A stretch of 64,000 nucleotides of DNA, taken from assembly GCA_951406725.2 (NCBI GenBank), contig OX597836.1:18538001-18602000 (forward strand), written 5' to 3'. Each line of letters starts with the position of its first letter. Position 1 is the first letter of the stretch. Under the pieces are notes generated by a model. The model made no database searches and was not told where the DNA came from. It was given only the letters and a program-made list of their open reading frames with translations. This document shows, piece after piece, positions 43,467-57,505 of this stretch. A program made the position numbers and the translations under genes. Source of the stretch: Octopus vulgaris (lineage: Eukaryota).

Positions 43467-43877
43467 TGTATACAGGAATACAAACCCACCCTCAACCATA
43501 AATCCGAATAGGATAACACCCAGATTCCACTCGGGAGTACCCATCTATAATCACCTCTTTCTGTCATTCACATATAGAAATCCATATATACATGCTGAGG
43601 TGCATGATACTGAAGTACATATATGTAGTTATATATAATCGTATGAGTGTAAACAGATTAATATGTATGTACGTGTGTGTAGGAGTATGTATATATGTGT
43701 TTATACGAGTGTGTGGGCTTGTACATATGCAAAGTTAGGTTTATATTTGCATGTATATATCTCAGACATTTTATCCAGTCACCGTTAGACGGTGGTCAGA
43801 GGGTCATATATATGTGTGTGTGTGCGTGTGCGAGTGTTTGTGTGTATGTGTGTATGTGTGTGTGTCTGTGTGTGTGT

Positions 43878-44488
<611 letters not shown>

Positions 44489-44537
44489 TGGGCACACATA
44501 CACACACACTCACACACACGCACTCACACACACACAC

Positions 44538-44592
<55 letters not shown>

Positions 44593-44964
44593 TAAAAAAA
44601 TATACAAACTGGGACAAGAACGTGAAACATTTAGAAGACGGCACAAAAACACGGAGGGGACATTCGAAACCTTGAATCTTCAGTCAAGAACCGGATCATC
44701 TTCGCAATTTCGGCTGATATATATATATATATATATATTCCTATATACATGCATGTAAACGCAATGGAAATCGAAGTAGTGTAAATATTGAGTTAAAAGG
44801 TCATTTGGATTGAAAAAGTCGAAGTACATGCATACATGTATATACATACATACATACATACATACGTACATGCACACACATATGTATGCATGTAGTTTGT
44901 ATGAATATAGTCTAAACAATATATATTTCCCCATGAGAGAAAGAAAGAGAGAAAGAATGTGTGT

Positions 44965-45002
<38 letters not shown>

Positions 45003-45197
45003 GTGTGTGTGTTTGTTTAATGAACCGTAATTATATTCTTAACTTATCACAGGAAATTAAAATCTTGTAATATTTACAGTGCCATAAAAACCATATGTCT
45101 GTTGCTATGCCTACGACACCCTTTTACTTACAGACACACACCTACGTACACACACACAAATACATACATACACACACGCACACACCCATATACACTC

Positions 45198-45232
<35 letters not shown>

Positions 45233-45269
45233 GTATTTATATTATTATATATTATTATACAACAGTATA

Positions 45270-45490
45270 TTGTCCTTTTTTTATTCTAAGCAACAAGGCC
45301 CGAAATTTTTGGAGAGGGGTCCAGTCGGTTAAATCTATCTCAGTACTCAACTGGTACTTAATTTATCAACTTCGAAAGAATGAAAGGCAAAGTCGACCTC
45401 GGCGGAATTTGAACTCAGAACGTAACGGTAGGCGAATTACCGCTAAGCATGTCGCCCGGCGTGCTAACGTTTCTGCCAGCTCGCCGCCTT
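45270..45490 (-). mobile_element. SINE family C with TSD
   Basis: caacagtata at 45260-45269 and 45491-45500. Confidence 0.88.
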
Positions 45491-45708
45491 CAACAGTATA
45501 CTATCATACATATTACGTTTGTCCCACACTTAGGGACTCTTCCTCTCATGTTATTTCACCCTCCCTGTCTTCCTCTCTGTCTCTCTCTTTCACTTTCTCT
45601 CTCTCTCTCTCTCTCTTCTACTCTTTTTATCTATCTTATCTTCATGAAGGAGCTGTCTGATGTCACCAATACTATTTTGCGTAACAAAGTTATATGTGGA
45701 CATAACTG

Positions 45709-45904
45709 AATTCAATTCAATTCAATTCAATTTTTATTGGCTCAAAAAGCAGAAGCAAGGCCATGTAGGGGGAACAGGGAGTTATGTACAGGGAGGGTGG
45801 TCATACAAAGAGTTCAGGCCATTTCTGGTCAAGAGAGACTTTGAACCGAGCGGTCGTCGGCATTTTCACTATCTCGTCCGGCAGCTTATTCCACGGATCC
45901 GCAA
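45709..45904 (-). mobile_element. CR1-type LINE 3' end
   Basis: ADPWNKLPDEIVKMPTTARFKVSLDQKWPELFV* (WN.LP...FK..LD motif) with a (TTGAA)n tail. Confidence 0.8.
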
Positions 45905-46026
45905 ACCTGAAAATGTATTGAGGAATACAAAAATGTTTCCTGCTCATTGTTATGTCACTTTAGGTTCTGAGTTCGATCAGTGACCGCGGTTCCTTCACTA
46001 CAAACCAGCAATATATTGCGTATGTA

Positions 46027-46236
46027 GGATGGCAAGCTGGCAGAACGCTTAGCACACTGGGAAAAATTCTTACCGCCATTACGTCCGTCTGTATGTTCTG
46101 AGTTCAAATTTCGTCAAGGCCGACTTTGCCTCCTATACTTCGGGTTCGATAAAATAAATACCAATTGAATACTGGGTCGACGTAATTAAGTAGACCTCTT
46201 CCTTTATCTTTCTGGCCTTGTGACAGAACTTGAAAC
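46027..46236 (+). mobile_element. Diverged SINE family C with perfect 18-bp TSD
   Basis: caatatattgcgtatgta at 46009-46026 and 46237-46254. Confidence 0.88.
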
Positions 46237-46375
46237 CAATATATTGCGTATGTATTTGAATGTGAACATTCATGTGTGTATGCATATTTCAGGCATTTAG
46301 TGTCTATATATATTCGTATGTTAATCAGTAGAAATTCTCCATATACACTCTTTCAGAGAAGGCAAAATATTTACA

Positions 46376-46417
46376 AGCTCCTACTCAGAGTTTCATGTCA
46401 CAGTTCATCAGACAACT
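46376..46417 (-). ncRNA. Decayed minimal hammerhead (sibling 3' half at 36114-36130)
   Basis: aguugu CUGAUGA acugugacau GAAA CUC-u-GAG UA ggagcu. Confidence 0.6.
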
Positions 46418-46670
46418 GTGAGAATTCAGAAAAATTCATGAGTATTTATAAGGGTTCTTTAATAGCAATACATTGAATATTTGAAGTTAACTGGGCAACG
46501 ACTTTTCAAACTAATAGAATTCAGTTGGATAAAAAAGCGTGCACACCTTTCTCTATTTATCATCATCATCATCATCCTCATCATCATCATCGTCATCATC
46601 ACCATCATCGTCATCATCTTCTTCTTCCTTCTCCTCTTCCTCCTCCTCCTCATCATCATTATTATTATTC

Positions 46671-46884
46671 AGGCGGCGAGATGGTAGAATCTTTAGCACG
46701 TTGGACGAAATGCTTAGCGATATTTCGTCTGTCATCGGATGCTGAGTTCAAATTCCGCCAAGATCGACTTTGTCTTTTATCCTTTCGGGATCGAGGAATT
46801 AAGTACTAGTGAAACCCTGGGATCGATGTAATCGACTCACCCTCATCCCTAAAATGTCTGCCCTTGTGGCAAAATTTCAAAACC
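46671..46884 (+). mobile_element. SINE family C
   Basis: Collinear with 51401-51632. Confidence 0.8.
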
Positions 46885-46889
46885 ATTAT

Positions 46890-47692
46890 TATTTTATTGT
46901 CTTTGCACAGCTTCTAACGCTAGAGACGTACTATGATGTCAGCTAACACTAATTTTTCGAGGCCTCTGACAATTATTGGTACTACTACCACCTTTTTCAG
47001 CGACCACAGCTAAACAGCGACCACAGCTAACCTCCCAAGCTAACCTGTCATATCTATCGACTTTTCTTTCTTCTTTATGGAGTACCTTGTTTTCAGCTGG
47101 GCATGCTATATCTATGATCCAGCATCGTTTGCTTTCTTTCTCAATTAACACTATGTCTGGTTTCCTGTCTCACGGTAGCACTTTACCATGGTCGCACTGA
47201 ATCATAAAATCCCAAAGGATCTTTGCATTATCATTTTCGGTGATGCCTCCGGGTTTATGTCCGTACCACTTTTCTGCTCTGTCAAGTCCATACTTGTCGC
47301 AAAATGTCCAATGTTGTCATGACGTCTCTTATATTCCTTCTGGGCAAGTGGCGTACATTGGCTGGTAATATGCCATAAGGTTTCATCCTTTTGTTCACAA
47401 ATTCTTCACTTACCACTTTCTGATCTGTTGTCTATTCTGTATTTGATGTAATTGGTCCTTAATACTTGCTCTTGGGCTGCACAAATTTGAGCCTCCATTT
47501 CTAGTTGTAAATCGCTTTCTTTCTTCTTTCTTTGTTTGTCTTCAACATACCTATCAAATTGTCCATGCATTCTTATTTTTTCCTTTATCCATCTATTTTC
47601 ATTCCGTCTAGTTTCATTCATTCTCAAGTGCTTGGACAGTGCTTTATCTTTGCAGTCTTCCATCCTAGAAAAGCCTGACCTTCTTACTTCCA
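46890..47692 (-). mobile_element. R4/Dong-type retrotransposon fragment (CCHC plus RLE endonuclease)
   Basis: MHGQF...EAQICAAQEQVLRTNYIK, ETLWHITSQCTPL, ILWDFMIQCDH and KPDIVLIEKESKRCWIIDIACP. Confidence 0.88.
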
Positions 47693-47779
47693 TTATTATT
47701 ATTATTATTATCATTATTATCATCATCATCATTATTATTATTATTATTATTATCATCATCATTATTATTATTATCATCA

Positions 47780-47828
<49 letters not shown>

Positions 47829-47830
47829 CA

Positions 47831-47873
<43 letters not shown>

Positions 47874-47893
47874 CATCATCATCATCATCATCA

Positions 47894-47933
<40 letters not shown>

Positions 47934-47977
47934 CATCATCATCATCATCATTATTATTATTATTATTATCATCATCA

Positions 47978-48032
<55 letters not shown>

Positions 48033-48347
48033 CAGCATCATCATCATCATCATTATTATTATTATTATTATTCAGTAGTTTTATTTTTATAGCGTGCTTT
48101 CACTTCACTACCGAGCACAGCTCTGTGTGCCTTGGGTATGTGCTGTGATTTGTTGTGATGCTCTGATGGTTATTGTATGGAAAGTGTTCTGCGTAGGATG
48201 TGTGCAGTGCCTAGTAGTGCAATTTTCTGTATGTTATATGTGTTTGTAAGTCCTGGTGTTTTTGTTATGTATTTGTCTGAATATTTTTTTATCATGCCTT
48301 TATTATTATTATTATTATTATCATTATTATTATTATCATCGTCATCA

Positions 48348-48441
<94 letters not shown>

Positions 48442-48458
48442 CATCATTATTATTATTA
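47693..48458. repeat. (ATT/ATC)n tracts interrupted by a Dong 3' end
   Basis: Directly visible. Confidence 0.95.
48073..48300 (-). mobile_element. R4/Dong-type 3' terminus
   Basis: GMIKKYSDKYITKTPGLTNTYNIQKIALLGTAHILRRTLSIQ* plus UTR, with (TAA)n on both sides. Confidence 0.88.
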
Positions 48459-48821
48459 CTTCCGTGGTGGAAAATAATAGAAATGTAAAATATTAGAATA
48501 CATCGTAGAGCTGGGTTTAAAAAATAATGAATATATACATATTGCATGGCTATAAACACTCTGCCGCTGTTTATTCTTTCGAAGCTCTAACTCTCCATGA
48601 ATTTTATATTTAAAAAATTTCTGGATGCTGCTGTCTTATAAATTTGCCTGCATTGTCGTTAAAAACACAAAATAGGAGTAATAAACAGCCCGATGACTGA
48701 TGATGAGTTATCTTCTTTTAGCATTTTGTCCTGTACTTTTCGTTCGTCTGTTTACGTATTGTTCACACGTTGGTGATGTCCTGTACAAAAAGCATATTTT
48801 TCACTTTATTTATGTACGCAT

Positions 48822-49197
48822 AGGCGCAGGAGTGGCTGTGTGGTAAGTAGCTTGTTTACCAACTACATGGTTCCGGGTTCAGTCCCACTGCGTGGCACCT
48901 TGGGCAAGTGTCTTCTACTATAGCCTCGGGCCGACCAAAGCCTTGTGGACAGACATATATATATATATATATATATGCGTGTGTGTGTTTGTGTGTCTGT
49001 GTTTGTCCCCCTAGCATTGCTTGACAACCAATGCTGGTGTGTTTATGTCCCCGTTACTTAGCGGTTCGGCAAAAGACACCGTTAGAATAAGTACTGGGCT
49101 TACAAAAAAAAAATAAGTCCCGGGGTCGAGTTGCTCGAGTAAAGGCGTTGCTCCAGCATGGCCGCAGTCAAATGACTGAAACAAGTAAAAGAGTAAA
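48822..49197 (+). mobile_element. SINE family B (internal deletion)
   Basis: Near-identical head and tail to 56370. Confidence 0.92.
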
Positions 49198-49822
49198 GCG
49201 AGAGAGTGTATATATGTATGTTTATATGTATGTATGTATATATGTATGTATATGTAAATGTGTGGATACCTGTAGAGATGCTTATGTACGATAAGTATAT
49301 TTGTGTCTTTGTATCTGTGTGTATGTCTTTATACATGTGTGTGTATATAGGTGAGTATATAGTGAGGATACGATTGACTTGATGTGTCAGAATGGATAGA
49401 TAATTAACTTATAACCTGATTCGTTCTCTCGGCTTCCGGTTATGTCATTCTGCTTGGTTTTACTTCCGGGGGGGAAATTTGTGAAATGAACGTTAAAAGC
49501 AAAACGCAAGAGAGTAGAAGAGAAGAGACAGATAAATAGGTAGAGAGAATGAGAGGACAAGAGAGAGATAGAAACAGTGAGAGAGAGAGAGAGAGAGAGA
49601 ACATGTAAGAGAACTGGAAAAAAAAGATAGAATGACAAACAAGAGAGATACTAAAGAGAGAGACAGACAGACAGAAAAAAACGTGGAAGTGTTTTTATGG
49701 ATATATGTATATCTATCTGTGAATGCCTGTGTATGTAAATATGCTTGCATATGTGGTTGTGTTATATGCGTGTGTGTGTGTGTGTGAGAGTGTGTGTGTG
49801 TGTGTGTGTCTCTGTGTGTGTG

Positions 49823-49862
<40 letters not shown>

Positions 49863-50014
49863 CGTGTGTGCGTTTGTGTGCGCTATTCGACAGAGGATGA
49901 CGAGTGGTGATTCACTTCAGTATGGCGACAAAAATGAAGAATGCCATCGTGTAATGCAGATATACATTAATTATTATTTAAAGATGCGTATATATATATA
50001 TATGCGTATATATA

Positions 50015-50052
<38 letters not shown>

Positions 50053-50064
50053 TATATGTGTATA

Positions 50065-50115
<51 letters not shown>

Positions 50116-50245
50116 GCAAACAGTCATATATATATATATATATATACATACATATATGTATGCATATATATATATATATTCCACATGCATATATATGCAC
50201 GTTCACACACACATGCATATATATTTGTAGATATACATACATGTA

Positions 50246-50309
<64 letters not shown>

Positions 50310-50351
50310 CATTCATAGAAACACACACACATAGGTGTATTTGAGCACGTG

Positions 50352-50411
<60 letters not shown>

Positions 50412-50833
50412 TTGGCTCGTTAGAGGAAGTACAGTTAGAATTATATAATCAGTAGCAGTGTTACTCCCCGGCAAGAAATTAAATCGAACCGGTCACTGGT
50501 CCGCCTCAGCTGACATTAAGCTAAGTCATCCATACACTATCACGTATACTGAAACTGTGTCCTGCTGGGAAGTAGAAAACACACGCGCACTCACATATAC
50601 ATGTGTATGTGTATGTGTGCGTGTGTGTGTGTGTGAGTGGGTTTATATGTACGTATATGTGTATATGTATGTATGTCTGTGCGTGTGTATTTGTGTGCGT
50701 GTGTATGATTACGTATGTATGTACACAGAAGACATGCCGGAAGATATAGTCGTATACCGACATAGGCTCATATACACACTATATACACACATAAGTAGTT
50801 GCGCGCATGATACGTGCATATAAGCGCATTTAC

Positions 50834-50889
<56 letters not shown>

Positions 50890-51060
50890 GTATATATAGA
50901 ATATATAGCATTGAGCTATAATGGTAAGTTAAAAATTCGTTAACCCTTTCGACCGACTACGGCTGATTTTCTGTTGAATTTTTCAGTACGCTTGTTAGCT
51001 TAAACGAGGATTTTAACTCCTCTCTCTAGCAGATAAGCGCCTTGAGCGCCCTTATGATGA

Positions 51061-51141
<81 letters not shown>

Positions 51142-51145
51142 TTAT

Positions 51146-51342
51146 TTTATTATATAGAAGGAGCTTCTACAGGACTAGTACTGTTTCATTCAAGAGAAAT
51201 CTTCGGGAGCTTCCCGAAGATTTCTCTTGAATGAAACAGTACTAGTCCTGTAGAAGCTCCTTCTATATAATAAATTAATTTTACTCTGCTATGTATTGAG
51301 TACCTTACTTACTGTGGTTAACCCCGAATCAACCCGGGACCT

Positions 51343-51345
<3 letters not shown>
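51146..51345. mobile_element. Palindromic PLE-pLTR-like element: perfect 63-bp arms, 3-nt loop, ~70-bp tail, in (TA)n
   Basis: 51146-51208 is the reverse complement of 51212-51274. Loop gct. Confidence 0.9.
51206..51260 (+). ncRNA. Type I hammerhead with U4C core variant
   Basis: GGAGCUUC CCGAAGA u-UUC-ucuu-GAA-u GAAA CAG-uacuaguc-CUG UA GAAGCUCC. Helix I is 8 bp, helix III is 4 bp, triplet GUA. Confidence 0.8.
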
Positions 51346-51392
<47 letters not shown>

Positions 51393-51400
51393 GTATATAT

Positions 51401-51630
51401 AAGGCAGCGAGCTGGCAGAAACGTTAGCATGCCGGGTGAAATGCTTAGCAGTATTTCGTCTGCCGCCACGTTCTGAGTTCAAATTCCGCCGAGGTCGACT
51501 TTGCCTTTCATCCTTTCGGGGTCGATAAATTAAGTACCAGTTACGCACTGGGGTCGATCTAATCGACTTAATCCGTCTGTCTGTCCTTGTTTGTCCCCTC
51601 TGTGTTTAGCCCCTTGTGGGTAGTAAAGAA

Positions 51631-51632
<2 letters not shown>
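51401..51632 (+). mobile_element. Young full-length SINE family C
   Basis: tRNA-like head with B box gagttcaaattcc. Central gcctttcatcctttcggggtcgataaattaagtaccag resembles a conserved metazoan SINE central domain (Meta-like; from memory). Confidence 0.9.
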
Positions 51633-51680
<48 letters not shown>

Positions 51681-52087
51681 ATAAGTATATGCGTATACAT
51701 ACAACTACACTCATGGAAATATACTTGGTAGTTTAAAGATGGATCCTGCGTCGGTTTCGACGAGGATCGCTGTACTGGTTGACCGATTGAAGTACCATCT
51801 CCTTAAATTAACGTACAAGTGGCTGAGCACTCCATAGGCATCTGAATATAATTGACATGTTTGGTCAGTGATAAGCACAGTGTGACAAGCCTTGTCCTTC
51901 AGATTGCAAGTATGCCCCTTCGGGTGGTCTTCCGCATAATTTCCTTGTATTATGCTTTTATTGCGTGAGTTAAGCTATGCTTAACTCAACACTGTGGTTG
52001 TAGATGATCCGATCAACGGAGCAGCCTCATCATGAAATGAACGTGCGTGTGGCTAATCACTCCAAAGATAGACATACCCTTAATATA

Positions 52088-52315
52088 TTTCGTTTTTGGA
52101 CTTGGTTTGCAAGATTCTTTATATGAGTTCGTGCGTTGAAGCATATTCTATTGTGTCTGGGGAGTCATTTTCTTTTTGTGCCTTATAATGTAACACACTC
52201 ACCGGTAAAATTTCCACGTTTTTCATTTTTTTATTGTCCTAAAATTTTCGTTGCGTCTTGCAACCTTTTCAATAGTTTTGACTCTCATAATATAGTTTTC
52301 AAAAGTTTTCACTCT
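52088..52315 (-). mobile_element. Short insert flanked by 9-bp direct repeat cttaatata, carrying a U3:A8 hammerhead-like motif
   Basis: Direct repeat at 52079-52087 and 52316-52324. Confidence 0.6.
52239..52275 (-). ncRNA. Minimal hammerhead-like ribozyme, U3:A8 variant
   Basis: CUA UUGAAAA G GUUGC-aagac-GCAAC GAAA AU U U UAG. Confidence 0.65.
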
Positions 52316-52567
52316 CTTAATATAGTTCTCTGGAAGATCCAATCTGATATAGACTGTGTCAAGATCGATTCTTTAAATTAAGGATACAACACATTTTTGC
52401 CAGCTGCATGGATTGGATCAACGTGAATAAGCCACGCACCTTCACTGTAAAAGAGTAAAAAAAGGTTACACACAAGCAACAACAAACATGATAAAAGCAT
52501 AGTAAGAATTTAGAAACTTCGAGATCGTGAAATAATTATCTTAAGGAACAGGGAATCTCGAATGAAA

Positions 52568-52967
52568 TCTCTATATATATAAAGCTGAAGTTGTCTGTGT
52601 ATAACAGGTTTGGTAGCTTTCAACTAACACTATCTCCTCCGAGACCCTGCGGCGCAAGTTGACCAAAATTGAGAGTATGATAGAAAAAGGCTTGCTCTTC
52701 ATTCTGTAGAAGTAAAAATTCAAATCGGACCATGTTAACACCAAAAATTATTAACATTAAAAAGGTGCTTTTTTTTTCTATGAAAATCCCTATTTTTTAC
52801 GATTTTTTGACTGCTGTGTCGCCATTTTCCTGTGTATTTCAACCAGAAAAATCTTCACTTAAAGAGAATAACAAGCTACATAATGCAAACTTTTTACTTA
52901 TCAAAAATTCCAATTCTAAAGGGTCGAAAAGAAAACAAGCCCGAGCAACGCTGGGCTACACTGCTAG
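52568..52967 (+). mobile_element. Complete 400-bp non-autonomous Helitron
   Basis: 5' end A|TCTCTATATATATAAA, subterminal hairpin gcccgagcaacgctgggc (52939-52956), 3' end CTAG|T, and no TSD. Confidence 0.85.
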
Positions 52968-53193
52968 TAAAACTATAAATTTGGGGTTAAAAACCGTTTG
53001 GATCAAGGACAGCCTTCCACTTTTTTTATCAATAGGGTTTTTAACTCAATATTTTCATACTATTCATAGCTTTATTTATTTCAAGATCCACTGTTCCTAA
53101 AAAAATATTAGCTGTTATATATCTTCAAGATACTCTGACTTAGGTTAGGTTTAAACTTTGGGATTAGGGTTTAGGGTTAGCTTAGTGTTAAAT

Positions 53194-53577
53194 GTGGAGG
53201 CGCAATGGCCCAGTGGTTAGGGCAGCGGACTCGCGGTCGTAGGATCGCGGTTTCGATTCCCAGACCGAGCGTTGTGAGTGTTTATTGAGCGAAAACACCT
53301 AAAGCTCCACAAGGCTCCGGCAGGGGATGGTGGCGATCCCTGCTGTACTCTTTCACCACAACTTTCTCTCACTCTTACTTCCTGTTTCTGTTGTACCTGT
53401 ATTTCAAAGGGCCGGCCTTGTCACTCTCTGTGTCACGCTGAATATCCCCGAGAACTACGTTAAGGGTACACGTGTCTGTGGAGTGTTCAGCCACTTACAC
53501 GTTAATTTCACGAGCAGGCTGTTCCGTTGATTCGGATCAACCGGAACCCTCGTCGTCGTAACTGACGGAGTGCTTCC
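53194..53577 (+). mobile_element. Full-length SINE family A
   Basis: TSD agtgttaaat at 53184-53193 and 53578-53587. Confidence 0.95.
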
Positions 53578-53900
53578 AGTGTTAAATGCACCACAAAGAG
53601 TAAAGGGCCAGGTAGACCGCTCGTTAATGTGGTACCAAAAAGACAACTGGATGGATTAGCTGTTTACACGAATAACACAATGAATACCTTGCTTTGTTGC
53701 GTGTTTCTGCTTCCATACATTGAATCTAGTTGCAAAATTTCGCTACGGTAGGCAATATTAGCAGTAATTTTCCAATTCTGCGTAGGATGGGTCAATAAAT
53801 AAATCTTACCTGACCAAAGTTCTGGACGCGTGACGAGAGATAACATCGTTTGTTCGACATACACACGTTTCTAAATCCACAACTATTTTCGTACATTGCA

Positions 53901-53937
<37 letters not shown>

Positions 53938-54126
53938 ATTCTCACACATACACACACACCACGTAGGCGCGAGTATACTAGTGGGTGGGTGTGTGGGTGT
54001 GTGTGTGTGTGTGACAAAATTCCATGTGATTACTCTGCGATGCTGGTCATGTTGATAAGGCGTTCTTCGTCTCGATTACCGCTGCACGATTCGATTCCAC
54101 AACACGTTTTACGCCTTCACTTACAG

Positions 54127-54178
54127 ATAGAGAATTTAGATGAAAACAATCGCACACAGGAACACCTAGAACGCACAG
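54127..54178 (+). CDS. Weak candidate 52-nt exon ([17 protein letters not shown])
   Basis: ccttcacttacag acceptor and CAG|gtattg donor in a unique-sequence island. Confidence 0.2.
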
Positions 54179-54708
54179 GTATTGACAGAAAAAGTAGCAG
54201 ACCCACATACATATGTAGACGCATACATATACATATGTATGTATGTATGTGTGTATGTATGTATGTGTGTATGTATGTATGTATGTATGTGTGTGTATGT
54301 ATGTATGAATGTATGTATGTATGTATGTATGTATATATGTGTGTATGTATGTATGTATGTATGTATGTATGTATATATATATATGTATATATGTATGTAT
54401 GTGTGTGTGTGTATGTATGTATGTATGTATGTATGTATGTATGTATGTATGTATGTGTATGTATGTATATATGTATGTGTGTGTGTATGTATGTATGTAT
54501 GTGTGTGTATGTATGTTTGTATGTATGTGTGTATGTATGTGTGTGTGTATGTATGTATTATGTATGTAGGTGTGTATGTATGTATGTATGTATGAGCATT
54601 AGGTCCTCCTACGCTGTTCAGAGCAGTGAACGGCTGTATATATGCAGATATATTCAGATATATATATATATATATATTTATATATGTGTGTGTGTGTGTG
54701 TGTATAAG

Positions 54709-54778
<70 letters not shown>

Positions 54779-54821
54779 ATATATAGTACATAGATAAATA
54801 TGTAGGATTCTATGTATGTAT

Positions 54822-54910
<89 letters not shown>

Positions 54911-54999
54911 ATATGGGACAATACAAAAGAAATCTCCCAGGGGAAATCAGATTGGATTGTCAAAAGTAAATATTGAGTATAGCGATGTGGAAAGAGAGG

Positions 55000-55053
<54 letters not shown>

Positions 55054-55289
55054 CGGTAAGATGGTAAAAGGCCGTTGAACTACCGGATGAGTGTATGGTG
55101 TTGTTAGTGGTTTGTCGAAATCAATATTGTTCTGCAGTAGGACATTAAGCTGGTTATATACATATGTATGTATGAATCTATGTATGTATGTATGTATGTA
55201 TGTATGTATGTATGTATGTATGTATGTATGTATGTATATATATATTTATATATATATATATGCATATATATATGAATATATATATATAT

Positions 55290-55364
<75 letters not shown>

Positions 55365-55930
55365 CGTACATACATACATATATATATATATGCAGAACGA
55401 GGAATATGATGTGATCTGTATGTGTGTGTATATGTATATATGTGTGTGTGTATGTGTGCGTATATATATAGAGGTAGATATAGATATATAGACATATATA
55501 CAAACATGCATATATATATATATACATATATGTATACATGTGCATGTGTTTTTATATATATGCATGTGTATATGTGTGTATGCGTGTAGCATTTATGTAC
55601 CTTGTGTGTGCTTGTATACGTATAAATTTGAGGATGAATTCGTTCTTTCAGGTGTGAAATTGAGAATTCAGTGGTGATTTTTAATTTAAGGTGTTGCAAA
55701 AAATAAATACATACCTGTATAACTGAGTATATATACATCTTAATAAATGTCAGTATGTATGCATGTAACTATATATATATATAAACATGCATATATAGTT
55801 ATATTTGTGGGGGGGGGGTGTTCACAAGCAATCATATATTTGCAAAGCAGAGTGGAAAGGAATAGTATTTGAATACCGATGGCGAAGGAAATACTATTTT
55901 ATTAAACCCGAAAAAAAAAGACTTCAATTT

Positions 55931-56085
55931 GCTTCTTTGAATTTCCGTCTACCAAATCCATTCACAAGGCTTTAATCGGCCCGGGGTTGTAGCAGAAGAT
56001 ACTTGCCCCTCAAGGTGCCACACAGTGGGACTGAACCCGGAGCTATGTGGTTGGGAAGCAAGCTTCTTACCACGCAGCCACGCCT
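55931..56085 (-). mobile_element. SINE family B 5' half
   Basis: Reverse complement of 56378-56528. Confidence 0.85.
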
Positions 56086-56201
56086 AGTTTGTGTGTCGGT
56101 GTGGTCACAAGCAATCACATAGGTGCAAAACAGAGCCGAAACAAATAATATGCAAAAACCAATGGCACACACATACAAACGTAACTATACATATATATAT
56201 A

Positions 56202-56327
56202 TCTTTCTGTCGAAGAGCGTAGGCTCGAAACGTAAATGACTTTTTCTATTCCTGAGCGCTACACTAATACCTTTGTTTGTTTGTACTCCACCTGCCTTCG
56301 TCTTTTGTTTATTTTCGTAAACTTTCC

Positions 56328-56330
<3 letters not shown>
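56202..56330 (+). mobile_element. Short repeat starting with a hammerhead-like motif (A6U core) at 56202-56239
   Basis: ucuuu CUGUCGA A GAGC-guag-GCUC GAAA CG UA aauga. (TA)n on both sides. Confidence 0.72.
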
Positions 56331-56369
<39 letters not shown>

Positions 56370-56372
<3 letters not shown>

Positions 56373-56786
56373 CGCAGGAGTGGCTGTGTGGTAAGTAGCT
56401 TGCTTACCAACCACATGGTTCCGGGTTCAGTCCCACTGCGTCGCACCTTAGGCAAGTGTCTTCTGCTATAGCCTCGGGCCGACTAATGCCTTGTGAGTGG
56501 ATTTGGTAGACGGAAACTGAAAGAAGCCTGTCGTATATATGTATGTATATATGTATTTGTGTGTATGTTTGTGTGTCTGTGTTTGTCACCCTAGCATTGC
56601 TTGACAACCGATGCTGGTGTGTTTATGTCCCCGTGACTTAGCGGTTCGGCAAAAGAGACCGATAGAATAAGTACTGGGCTTACAAAAGAATAAGTCCCGG
56701 GGTCGATTTGCTCGACTAAAGGCAGTGCTCCAGCATTGCCGCAGTCAAATGACTGAAACAAGTAAAAGAGAGAAAGAGAAAGAGAG
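56370..56786 (+). mobile_element. Full-length SINE family B
   Basis: Head aggcgcaggagtggctgtgtggtaag and tail gactgaaacaagtaaaagag. Confidence 0.93.
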
Positions 56787-56943
56787 TATATATTTACATG
56801 CATACATACTGACATCTATATCAGGTGAGTGGGGTGGTAATGTCATTTATAGTCATATTAATATAATTCTGCTTCTCGTTCCATTAGTAAGTTATTATCA
56901 TGTGCGTTACGCTTTGTTGGACAGTTTATCACTAAAAATATCC

Positions 56944-57090
56944 TAACGGCATTTCGTCCGTCTTTACGTTCTTAGCTCAAATTCCGCAGAGATCGATTTT
57001 TTCCTTTCATCATTTCGGGATCGATAAAATTAGTACCAGTTAAGCATTGGGGTCGATGTAATCGACTACGCCTATTCCCTACAAATTTAG
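56944..57090 (+). mobile_element. 5'-truncated SINE family C
   Basis: cggcatttcgtccgtctttacgttc...cctttcatcatttcgggatcgataaa. Confidence 0.75.
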
Positions 57091-57345
57091 TTGAAAGGAC
57101 TGTGAATGAAGCAGAATATTATGAATGCACATTTTTATATACACATACATTTTTTATGTATACATACATTCATATGTATATACGCTTATGTATATATATA
57201 TGCATATAGGTCCTGGCGTGGCAGTGTGGTAAGAAGTTTGCATCTCAACCTCATGGGTTCAGCCCCACTGCGTGGCACTCTGCACTAGTATGTTTTCTAG
57301 CATATAGTGGAATTGGTAGAATAAACTGAAGGCAAAATAGGTGTA

Positions 57346-57424
<79 letters not shown>

Positions 57425-57505
57425 TTTCTGAACATCATGGAATCTTCCGTCGTCAGATGGCATATGAGGGTTTCGCAAATTTCTTGCTGATCAACCACAC
57501 TGTTC

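Larger units (their letters stand above)
51741..52432 (-). mobile_element. Fragments of old family-A-related SINEs, interrupted by the 52088 insert
   Basis: aaattaacgtacaagtggctgagcactcca and gatccgatcaacggagcagcctc match the reverse complement of the family A 3' part. Confidence 0.6.

Noticed and set aside
53140-53185. Telomere-like ttaggg/ttagg motifs
   Set aside because: Only 2-4 degenerate units, too short for an interstitial telomere call.
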